A stretch of DNA of 24,073 bases from a virus. Lineage: Duplodnaviria > Caudoviricetes. The position numbers were made by a program, and so were the translations under genes. Positions 16,927 through 23,207 of the stretch are shown one piece after another. Position 1 is the first letter of the stretch. Each line of letters starts with the position of its first letter. The notes under the pieces were generated by a model. It searched no databases and was not told the DNA's origin. It saw only the letters and a list, made by a program, of their open reading frames with translations. The DNA lies in the IMG/VR virus record IMGVR_UViG_3300030376_005973, positions 1-24,073 of that record; one strand, 5' to 3'.

Positions 16927-17061
16927 ATGAATAAAAATATATTCGATAAATTTTTAGATTATTGTGATTACTTAGCGAATAATTACGGGCGTTATTTCTT
17001 GTGGGCGTCTGGTCTTTATATTTTAACTCACTTTATTATTTTACTTTTAAAAACACAATAA
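16927..17061 (+). CDS. small membrane protein (44 aa)
   Basis: Manually read MNKNIFDKFLDYCDYLANNYGRYFLWASGLYILTHFIILLLKTQ; one C-terminal TM helix; AAGGGG SD. Confidence 0.6.
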   Translation: MNKNIFDKFLDYCDYLANNYGRYFLWASGLYILTHFIILLLKTQ

Positions 17062-17073
17062 AAAAAAGGATAG

Positions 17074-17106
17074 AAAAAGGGCGCTTAATTAGCGCTCTTT
17101 TTTTTT
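17074..17106 (+). terminator. intrinsic terminator
   Basis: AAAAAGGGCGCT-TAATT-AGCGCTC followed by a long T run. Confidence 0.85.
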
Positions 17107-17192
17107 ATAAATAGTGGCTTTATAATATACTAATAAATGATGATTTTATATTATAAGCAGCATTATTATAAATAAAACAAGGAGCTATAAAA

Positions 17193-17384
17193 ATGACAAT
17201 GATGCCCGAAACAATAGAAACAAATAATAAAATCGATTATAATAACGCAGAATTTTATGATGGTGGGGATGGTGTAGAATATGAAATCTGGATATGTAAA
17301 AAAACAAATAAAAAGTTTGTTGTACCTATTGAAATTCAAAGATATTTTGAAGATGCAACAGAAATAGAAGACCAAGATTATTAA
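17193..17384 (+). CDS. small acidic protein (63 aa)
   Basis: ORF track; AAGGAG SD. Confidence 0.65.
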   Translation: MTMMPETIETNNKIDYNNAEFYDGGDGVEYEIWICKKTNKKFVVPIEIQRYFEDATEIEDQDY

Positions 17385-17402
17385 TAAATAGGGGGTTATA
17401 AA

Positions 17403-17828
17403 ATGAGGATTACAACCAATATTAATGATTTAAATTTTAAATGCTCTGATGTTGAAGATTATAAACAAGGTATTATAATAGGTAAAAAACTTATAATGAC
17501 TTGTATGTTCGGCAAAAATAAAGACGCAGTAGGTTTGGCTCATAATCAGATTAAAGGCAATAAAAATGTTTATATTGCTAGATCTAAAAATGTATTCAGA
17601 ACTTTTATAAATGCTAAAATAGTTGATGCTAGTGAAGATATTATAAAGCACGAAGAAGGTTGTATGTCTTTCCCTAATAAATGTAATAAAGTAACTAGGC
17701 ATACTTGGATTACAATTAGCCATTTAATTAAAGATGGCTATATTCAAGAAACTTTTAATGGCTTTGAAGCTTGTGTACATCAACATGAAATTGACCATTT
17801 AAATGGAATTAATATTCATAATAAATAG
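17403..17828 (+). CDS. def: peptide deformylase
   Basis: All three PDF motifs: VGLAHNQI, EGCMS and QHEIDHLNG; 141 aa. Confidence 0.92.
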   Translation: MRITTNINDLNFKCSDVEDYKQGIIIGKKLIMTCMFGKNKDAVGLAHNQIKGNKNVYIARSKNVFRTFINAKIVDASEDIIKHEEGCMSFPNKCNKVTRHTWITISHLIKDGYIQETFNGFEACVHQHEIDHLNGINIHNK

Positions 17829-17839
17829 GAGATAATAAA

Positions 17840-17998
17840 ATGAAAATATTTAAAACTGATGCAGAGCTTATAAAATACCTTAGAAGTCAAGGAGATGAAA
17901 GTTATAATGACGCTAGTGACGACTTTATATTTCAAGAAGCATTTGAGCATGGTTGGGTAGAAATGTTTGAAGGTAATTATAAAATAAAGGAGAGTTAA
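17840..17998 (+). CDS. small acidic protein (52 aa)
   Basis: Manually read MKIFKTDAELIKYLRSQGDESYNDASDDFIFQEAFEHGWVEMFEGNYKIKES; AGGAG SD. Confidence 0.65.
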   Translation: MKIFKTDAELIKYLRSQGDESYNDASDDFIFQEAFEHGWVEMFEGNYKIKES

Positions 17999-18193
17999 AT
18001 GAAAAAAGAAAAAGTTATAATTGATGTATACTATGATGAGTCGGGACACGATTTTTATAAAGTTTATTTAGATGATGGAAGTTATGATACTCCGCCTAAT
18101 AATCTTTCTGGAAACGGCTTTTTCTTATATTACGATGATATACTAGAACATTCTGATGAATGGGAAATTGTCAAAGATTATACAAGACAATAA
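17999..18193 (+). CDS. small acidic protein (64 aa)
   Basis: ORF track; AAGGAG SD. Confidence 0.65.
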   Translation: MKKEKVIIDVYYDESGHDFYKVYLDDGSYDTPPNNLSGNGFFLYYDDILEHSDEWEIVKDYTRQ

Positions 18194-18200
18194 AGAAAAA

Positions 18201-18238
18201 AAAAGACCTCTGGATTATTTAGATCTGGAGGTTTTTTT
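18201..18238 (+). terminator. intrinsic terminator
   Basis: ACCTCTGGAT/ATCTGGAGGT stem (2 G-U pairs) followed by a T run. Confidence 0.75.
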
Positions 18239-18298
18239 ATTATATTCAATTATAAGCTATGATCTGATTGTATTTTTGTGTAAATTTTATATTATAAA

Positions 18299-18324
18299 AC
18301 GGGTAAACAATAGGAGTTAAAATG
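18299..18324 (+). repeat. start-associated repeat B, copy 1
   Basis: ACGGGTAAACAATAGGAGTTAAAATG; 25/26 identical to 20613-20638. Confidence 0.9.
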
Positions 18325-18510
18325 GTTTGTATAAATGGAATTGAAGGGTATTATTTTGTTGAAGATGATTGTTTAATTTTTTATTGTTCTGATTTACAAG
18401 ATGATGTTCAAGTTTCAGATTTAACAGAACTTACTATTCATCAGTATAATGAATTAAATAATAAATTGGTTGAAACTTTTGATTATAATTTGAATGGGAG
18501 GTTTATTTAA
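18322..18510 (+). CDS. small acidic protein (62 aa)
   Basis: ORF track; TAGGAG SD. Confidence 0.65.
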   Translation: MVCINGIEGYYFVEDDCLIFYCSDLQDDVQVSDLTELTIHQYNELNNKLVETFDYNLNGRFI

Positions 18511-19151
18511 TGAAGGTAATTATTAATTGTGAAAAAATAGTAGATGTAGAATGTTTAAAGCACGCTCTGGAATTAACAGAGCAATATTGGAGGCATCCAG
18601 AAAACTCTTGGTTATACGGGTCTGGTTCGGATTTTAATTCTATTATAATTGAAGATGGAATTCCAACAGGTTATTTTCACGGGATCAAGTTTATGGATTG
18701 GGATGATACTGAAGCTATAAAAGAAAATGCCGCAATGAGTAATCCATTCACTAATGGTTCTGATTGTTGTAAACATTGGGATAAAGTTAAGCATAATTTT
18801 ATTCCTGTATTATATATTCCAAATGTAAATGCTGAATATCAAATAGCATCAATTGTTTATAAAAATGATGAGATTGAATTAATAAGAGAACAAGAGTCTG
18901 AAAAATATCCTTATGTTTATTTTATAGATGTATTTAAATGCGATATAAGGGATAATGATGAAGCTTTTGATGATGCTATGTCTGAAAGTTTTTCAGATAT
19001 ACATAATATTTTAGATTATCTGGAAAATAATTTTGACATTCCTAAAGCAATTATTAATCTATTAGAAAGCAGTAAAACATACCAGAAATTTCTACAAGAT
19101 CATAAAGAAAGATTAGATCATATTACAAACAACATTAAGGAGGAAAAATGA
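18510..19151 (+). CDS. hypothetical acidic protein (213 aa)
   Basis: ORF track; GGGAGG SD; TAATG coupling. Confidence 0.7.
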   Translation: MKVIINCEKIVDVECLKHALELTEQYWRHPENSWLYGSGSDFNSIIIEDGIPTGYFHGIKFMDWDDTEAIKENAAMSNPFTNGSDCCKHWDKVKHNFIPVLYIPNVNAEYQIASIVYKNDEIELIREQESEKYPYVYFIDVFKCDIRDNDEAFDDAMSESFSDIHNILDYLENNFDIPKAIINLLESSKTYQKFLQDHKERLDHITNNIKEEK

Positions 19152-19318
19152 AAGATTTAGTAAGAGTAGATAAAGATGCAAAACTTGTTGAGTGGTTAGA
19201 GGAAAATTTTAGCTTACACGATGTTGATATGATTTTTAATACTTTAGATGAGTTTAGAGATTTTGACACAAAGCAAGGCGAGATAACATTTTTAGATTTT
19301 ATAAATAAAAATTATTAA
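19148..19318 (+). CDS. hypothetical protein (56 aa)
   Basis: Manually read MKDLVRVDKDAKLVEWLEENFSLHDVDMIFNTLDEFRDFDTKQGEITFLDFINKNY; AAGGAGG SD; ATGA overlap. Confidence 0.65.
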   Translation: MKDLVRVDKDAKLVEWLEENFSLHDVDMIFNTLDEFRDFDTKQGEITFLDFINKNY

Positions 19319-19327
19319 GGAGGAAGA

Positions 19328-19546
19328 ATGAAAGTATTAAATTTGCCCTCTGAGCCTAGTCATATAATTAATTATGTTGATACAGAAACTTTTCAGTTTT
19401 TTATATTGTGGGTTGTTGAAAAAATGCGTATGGACGAAGAGTGTGAAGGCTATGAAGAGGAAGATATAACTAATAAATTAATTGACATAATGTTTTATGC
19501 GCATAAGCATAATAAACTATTTCAAGTATATATGGAGCAAAGATAA
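19328..19546 (+). CDS. hypothetical protein (72 aa)
   Basis: ORF track; AAGGAGG SD. Confidence 0.65.
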   Translation: MKVLNLPSEPSHIINYVDTETFQFFILWVVEKMRMDEECEGYEEEDITNKLIDIMFYAHKHNKLFQVYMEQR

Positions 19547-19812
19547 TGTGTATGGATCTTACAGAAAAAGAAAGATTAGAAATGGAAAAATATTATACTG
19601 AGCATTATGATTATTATTTTGGTAATAAAAAGTTTGTTAAAGGAGATTCAATGATAAACATAAGAATAGATTTTAAATTACAAATAGATGAAGATAAGTT
19701 TGATAAGTGGCTTAAAATTAGAGGTGTAGGGCGCAACTTTGGTAGAAATTATATTAAGGATCAGATAGAAAACAATGCAAAGAAATACATAAAGGAGATT
19801 GACTTAAAATGA
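19546..19812 (+). CDS. hypothetical protein (88 aa; possible internal start at 19651)
   Basis: ORF track; second in-frame ATG at 19651 with an AAGGAG SD. Confidence 0.6.
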   Translation: MCMDLTEKERLEMEKYYTEHYDYYFGNKKFVKGDSMINIRIDFKLQIDEDKFDKWLKIRGVGRNFGRNYIKDQIENNAKKYIKEIDLK

Positions 19813-19949
19813 AAAAAATAAATATTGATAATTTGTTAAGAGATCATACTTTTTACAAATCTATACTTACTGAAATTTATAAGTTTAATAGAAATATAAA
19901 TCGCAAAATAAAACAACACCTACAGAATGTAGACTTGGAAGATTATTAA
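19809..19949 (+). CDS. hypothetical protein (46 aa)
   Basis: Manually read MKKINIDNLLRDHTFYKSILTEIYKFNRNINRKIKQHLQNVDLEDY; ATGA overlap; AAGGAG SD. Confidence 0.55.
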   Translation: MKKINIDNLLRDHTFYKSILTEIYKFNRNINRKIKQHLQNVDLEDY

Positions 19950-19950
19950 A

Positions 19951-20133
19951 ATGATAGTAAACCATTTAACTAAAATTTGTGATAAATGTAAAAAAGTAAA
20001 TTGTAATCCAACTTACAATTGGTGGAATCAAAAAAATCCAAAAGAGGGCGGTTCTTATTGTTGGGATTGTTATCAAGAAAAAATAACAATAGAGAATATG
20101 CTTAATTTAGGCTTAATTAAGGAGTTAAAATGA
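19951..20133 (+). CDS. small zinc-finger protein (60 aa)
   Basis: CDKC...CWDC. Confidence 0.6.
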   Translation: MIVNHLTKICDKCKKVNCNPTYNWWNQKNPKEGGSYCWDCYQEKITIENMLNLGLIKELK

Positions 20134-20267
20134 GTTTTACAAAAGACGCTTTAATAGCGAAATTGCAGCATGAGATAGAAGAGTTAGAAAAGAAAATAGA
20201 GCGCCTAGAATGTTATGCTTGCGCTACACAACGACATGCATGTCATCACGATGGGGAGGAAGAATGA
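20130..20267 (+). CDS. small coiled-coil/Cys-His protein (45 aa)
   Basis: Manually read MSFTKDALIAKLQHEIEELEKKIERLECYACATQRHACHHDGEEE; AAGGAG SD. Confidence 0.6.
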   Translation: MSFTKDALIAKLQHEIEELEKKIERLECYACATQRHACHHDGEEE

Positions 20268-20620
20268 AAATAGGAAAAGTAAAAAAAACAATTGATGTTT
20301 CAGCAAATGATATTGAAGAGGCATTAGTTGGAGCATTTGAAGGTGGAAGCAATTATTGGTTGCTTAAAGTAAGGGTAAAAGATGATGATTACAAGGGTGG
20401 CGAATATGCATCTGATGTGGTTGGTTTAGGTGGAGAGCTTATATTAATCACAATGGAAGGAGAAAAGCATAAATTGACACAAGCAAAGATGGTTAAAGGA
20501 TTTCAGAAATATCTTGATAATGGTGGAATGTATTTTCCATTTGATTGTGGGGGAGCAGACGGCCGGACATATGATACGATATTACAGAATGCATTATTTG
20601 GTGAGCAAGTTTACGGATAA
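20264..20620 (+). CDS. phage hypothetical protein (118 aa)
   Basis: Start at ATG 20264 (GGGGAGG SD, ATGA overlap) rather than 20210; EGGSNYW and DTILQNALFGEQVYG motifs. Confidence 0.7.
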   Translation: MKIGKVKKTIDVSANDIEEALVGAFEGGSNYWLLKVRVKDDDYKGGEYASDVVGLGGELILITMEGEKHKLTQAKMVKGFQKYLDNGGMYFPFDCGGADGRTYDTILQNALFGEQVYG

Positions 20621-20638
20621 ACAATAGGAGTTAAAATG
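20613..20638 (+). repeat. start-associated repeat B, copy 2
   Basis: ACGGATAAACAATAGGAGTTAAAATG. Confidence 0.9.
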
Positions 20639-20794
20639 ATTAATTTAAGATTGATAGCGTTAGGCTATTTTTTATGTTTTTTAATAAATGGGTGCGATAT
20701 TGGAATTACTTCTTCAAACGAAGATTTTGAGGTTAATAGTTCTGGATTAGGATCTAGTCCTCATAACCCTATATATGTTAAAATTGTCGAATAA
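20636..20794 (+). CDS. small putative lipoprotein (52 aa)
   Basis: Manually read MINLRLIALGYFLCFLINGCDIGITSSNEDFEVNSSGLGSSPHNPIYVKIVE; signal peptide with lipobox-like INGC. Confidence 0.6.
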   Translation: MINLRLIALGYFLCFLINGCDIGITSSNEDFEVNSSGLGSSPHNPIYVKIVE

Positions 20795-20913
20795 TGATTG
20801 AATTTTTATATTTTCTGATTATGATCTTAATTGTTATTTTGATCAATTTTAGTTTAGTCTATAAAAATCAAGTTTTAATCCTTCTTTTTAAGATCCTTAA
20901 AGCTTTTAAATAA
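20794..20913 (+). CDS. possible small hydrophobic protein (39 aa)
   Basis: MIEFLYFLIMILIVILINFSLVYKNQVLILLFKILKAFK with TAATG coupling. May instead be an AT-rich non-coding tract. Confidence 0.35.
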   Translation: MIEFLYFLIMILIVILINFSLVYKNQVLILLFKILKAFK

Positions 20914-21180
20914 TACAACCTTTAGTGAGCAAAGCATAGAAGTCCCTACCCCTCAACAGAGGAGGATTTCTATGCCTAATAAAGTTACAACCTTCAGAGT
21001 CGCCTTGTGCATATTCCAGGCCATAATAAGTGACAAGGAACGGAAATTCATTTTTCATCCTTATAAATATAGATGCATCTCAAATTTCTTCAGTTTGATT
21101 GCCTATGTGCATCGAACCCCTTTTGGTATAGGCATTATAACCATTGCAGCCAAAAGATTTAAACCAAACCTGCAACGGAC
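20914..21180 (-). ncRNA. candidate structured non-coding RNA, antisense to the early region
   Basis: Directly downstream of a leftward TTGACA-18-TATATT promoter. Successive stems: CCGTTGCAG/CTGCAATGG, TGCCTAT/ATAGGCA, CCTTGT/ACAAGG and GCATAGAA/TTCTATGC. No substantial minus-strand ORF. Confidence 0.5.
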
Positions 21181-21184
21181 TATA

Positions 21185-21214
21185 AATATATGAGCCATTA
21201 TATTATAATGTCAA
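21185..21214 (-). promoter_or_regulatory. leftward sigma70-like promoter
   Basis: TTGACA (21214-21209)-18 nt-TATATT (21190-21185). Confidence 0.65.
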
Positions 21215-21228
21215 GCGAAAAAAAACAC

Positions 21229-21258
21229 TTGACATCATTACTCTTATTCAATTATATT
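21229..21258 (+). promoter_or_regulatory. rightward sigma70-like promoter of the replication operon
   Basis: TTGACA (21229-21234)-18 nt-TATATT (21253-21258). Confidence 0.7.
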
Positions 21259-21298
21259 GATTCAAACAAATGTTATTAATTTAATACAGGAGAGTTAA

Positions 21299-21907
21299 AT
21301 GCTAGTAGATAAAATATGTAATAAATATGGTTTAGATAAAGAAGCTGATTGTTGGCCACACAAACCTTCCAGGAAATGGATTTTAACGCATGATGCTATT
21401 GAGAAAATTGCTACTATTGAAAATATTACCCTAACAGAAATTAAAGTTCTTAATACTGAAAGAGATTTTGCCAGGTTTTTAATTACTATGGAAAGACAAT
21501 GGGATGTAGTTAATAGCGATGGAAACACAGATACTAATTACAAACAGATCTCAAGCATTGGCGAAGCCGACAAGTCTAATTGTACAAGCAAATATTATGG
21601 CTGCATGGCAGAAAAAAGAGGAATTGATCGTTGTGTTTTAAAGCTTATTGAGGCCTACGAATATGGGATATCTTCAGAAGTAGAGGCAGACGATTTTAAA
21701 AAAGATGAAAAGCCTATGAGCAGCTATCAGGGAACTAGAATTGTTGAAATATTAAAGTATAAAGAAGGATATGACAAGAAGGTAGTGAAGTCAATATTTA
21801 GCAACCTTAGTCACACAGAAGCGCAGGACATTATATCGCATTTTGAAACAGGAAGAATTGATGAGGCAGTAGAATCTTTTTACAATCTTAACAAAGGAGA
21901 CAAATAA
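21299..21907 (+). CDS. putative single-strand annealing/recombination protein (Rad52/Sak-like)
   Basis: SIGEA..N..YYGCMAEKRGIDRCVLKL..ISSEVEADDFK resembles SSAP cores; first gene of the replication operon. Family assignment is tentative. Confidence 0.5.
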   Translation: MLVDKICNKYGLDKEADCWPHKPSRKWILTHDAIEKIATIENITLTEIKVLNTERDFARFLITMERQWDVVNSDGNTDTNYKQISSIGEADKSNCTSKYYGCMAEKRGIDRCVLKLIEAYEYGISSEVEADDFKKDEKPMSSYQGTRIVEILKYKEGYDKKVVKSIFSNLSHTEAQDIISHFETGRIDEAVESFYNLNKGDK

Positions 21908-22329
21908 TGAGTTCATTTAAATTTAAAGTTGGAGAGCCAAGAAAGGTTGTGCTTGCATTTGATAGTCCAAAAGAAGGGACTAATTCATACGGAGCATGGT
22001 ATTTATATGGAATTAAATCAGGCATAAATGATGATGAGGATAGTTTTTTTGCAACCCCATCTCTGCACACCATGATTCAAACACTAGGTGCTGGAGAAGG
22101 AGACGATATCACTATTGAGAAGTGTGAAGAAGGCGAGATCACTTTCTTTAAAGTTAATGGTCTTACTCTTAACGAGATGAATAGTGGTGGATCTGCAGAG
22201 AGGATAAAGGAAGCATCGCCAACACCAAGAGAGGTAGACAGACTAAAAACTATAATCAAGGAACTAGAGTCAGAACTATCTGTTTATAAAAACTCTAAGG
22301 AAGCAACTGATGCAGACATACCTTTTTAA
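21907..22329 (+). CDS. putative single-stranded DNA-binding protein
   Basis: Beta-rich OB-like N-domain; C-terminus DADIPF matches the bacterial SSB acidic tip (DDDIPF). Confidence 0.6.
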   Translation: MSSFKFKVGEPRKVVLAFDSPKEGTNSYGAWYLYGIKSGINDDEDSFFATPSLHTMIQTLGAGEGDDITIEKCEEGEITFFKVNGLTLNEMNSGGSAERIKEASPTPREVDRLKTIIKELESELSVYKNSKEATDADIPF

Positions 22330-22330
22330 T

Positions 22331-22720
22331 ATGCCTAATTTTAAAAAAGTTAGTTTTGAGGAGTTTTATAGCGCCTACCCAAAAAAGGTTGGGCGTTATA
22401 CTGCTGAAAAAAGTTTTAAAAAGCTATCTATTAAAGACAAGCATGATGCCTATAGTGGACTTATAAATTATTGCAAGTTTTGGAAAGCAAGTGAAACTAA
22501 AAAGCAGTTTATCCCTAATCCATCTACCTTTATAAATCAAAAAAGATGGGAAGATGAGATAGAAGTGCCAAAAGAAAAAGTTGTTTGGGAGCTTGATTCT
22601 ACTAACAGGTTTTATAAGGGATATTGTTCTAAATGCCGTAGTTTTGAGAGCTATACTGAAATTGAAAGAAATGGTGATTCTCGTTGCTGCAAAGCAAGAA
22701 TATTGCCAAAAAGGAAATAA
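22331..22720 (+). CDS. replication protein, replisome-organizer C-terminal-like domain plus Cys motif
   Basis: FEEFYSAYPKKVG..AEKSFKKL and FIPNPSTFINQKRWEDE; C-terminal CSKC..RCC; ATG at 22331. Confidence 0.65.
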   Translation: MPNFKKVSFEEFYSAYPKKVGRYTAEKSFKKLSIKDKHDAYSGLINYCKFWKASETKKQFIPNPSTFINQKRWEDEIEVPKEKVVWELDSTNRFYKGYCSKCRSFESYTEIERNGDSRCCKARILPKRK

Positions 22721-22899
22721 TGGAAGAAAATATTAAAATAGAAGAGTTTAAAGAGTTTTTAGAAACAATAAAAGAGTCTTATAATGACGATGAGTTGGAT
22801 AGTGTTTTAAAAACTTGCATTAATGCATTATTTATTATGTATGAGCAAGGTTATGATATGCCTAAAAAAGCTTTAATTGAGTTAAAAAACTATTTATAG
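22720..22899 (+). CDS. hypothetical protein (59 aa)
   Basis: ATG at 22720 by TAATG coupling; AAGGA SD. Confidence 0.6.
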   Translation: MEENIKIEEFKEFLETIKESYNDDELDSVLKTCINALFIMYEQGYDMPKKALIELKNYL

Positions 22900-22907
22900 G
22901 AGATAAT

Positions 22908-23138
22908 GTGAAAGCTGAAGAATTTAATTTAAGAAGATTTTATGTGTGCAGATACGAAGACGGAGATGTTGAATATTGCACATTGCATACTAATCAACTT
23001 GACGCTAAAAAAAGCATAACTAGATTTAAGAGAAAGTTTGGAGTTGTTGGAAGTGTCGAGTTAAAGAAGATTAGGTTTACAAAAAAAGGATTTGTAGACC
23101 TTTTTAATAAATATTGCATACAATATAGAAAAAGATAA
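22908..23138 (+). CDS. hypothetical protein (76 aa)
   Basis: GTG start with AGGAG SD. Confidence 0.6.
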   Translation: MKAEEFNLRRFYVCRYEDGDVEYCTLHTNQLDAKKSITRFKRKFGVVGSVELKKIRFTKKGFVDLFNKYCIQYRKR

Positions 23139-23145
23139 CAGGTTT

Positions 23146-23201
23146 TCGAGGGGAGGGACTTAACTCTCTTGGTTACCCGCCAATCTAATCCTTTCCCTCG
23201 A
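23146..23201 (+). ncRNA. hairpin with loop antisense to early-gene ribosome-binding regions (candidate regulatory RNA)
   Basis: 13-bp stem TCGAGGGGAGGGA/TCCTTTCCCTCGA, with two G-U pairs that form only on the plus strand. Loop CTTAACTCTCTTGGTTACCCGCCAATCTAA is complementary to repeats A and B. Confidence 0.65.
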
Positions 23202-23207
23202 TATATT

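Noticed and set aside
21040-21100. Second hammerhead on the minus strand (CTGAAGA at 21093-21087 with a downstream GAAA)
   Set aside because: Stems I and II cannot be formed convincingly around the core.
23146-23201. Plain intrinsic terminator or tRNA remnant
   Set aside because: 30-nt loop, no U tract after the stem, and no cloverleaf or T-loop; better explained as the antisense hairpin.
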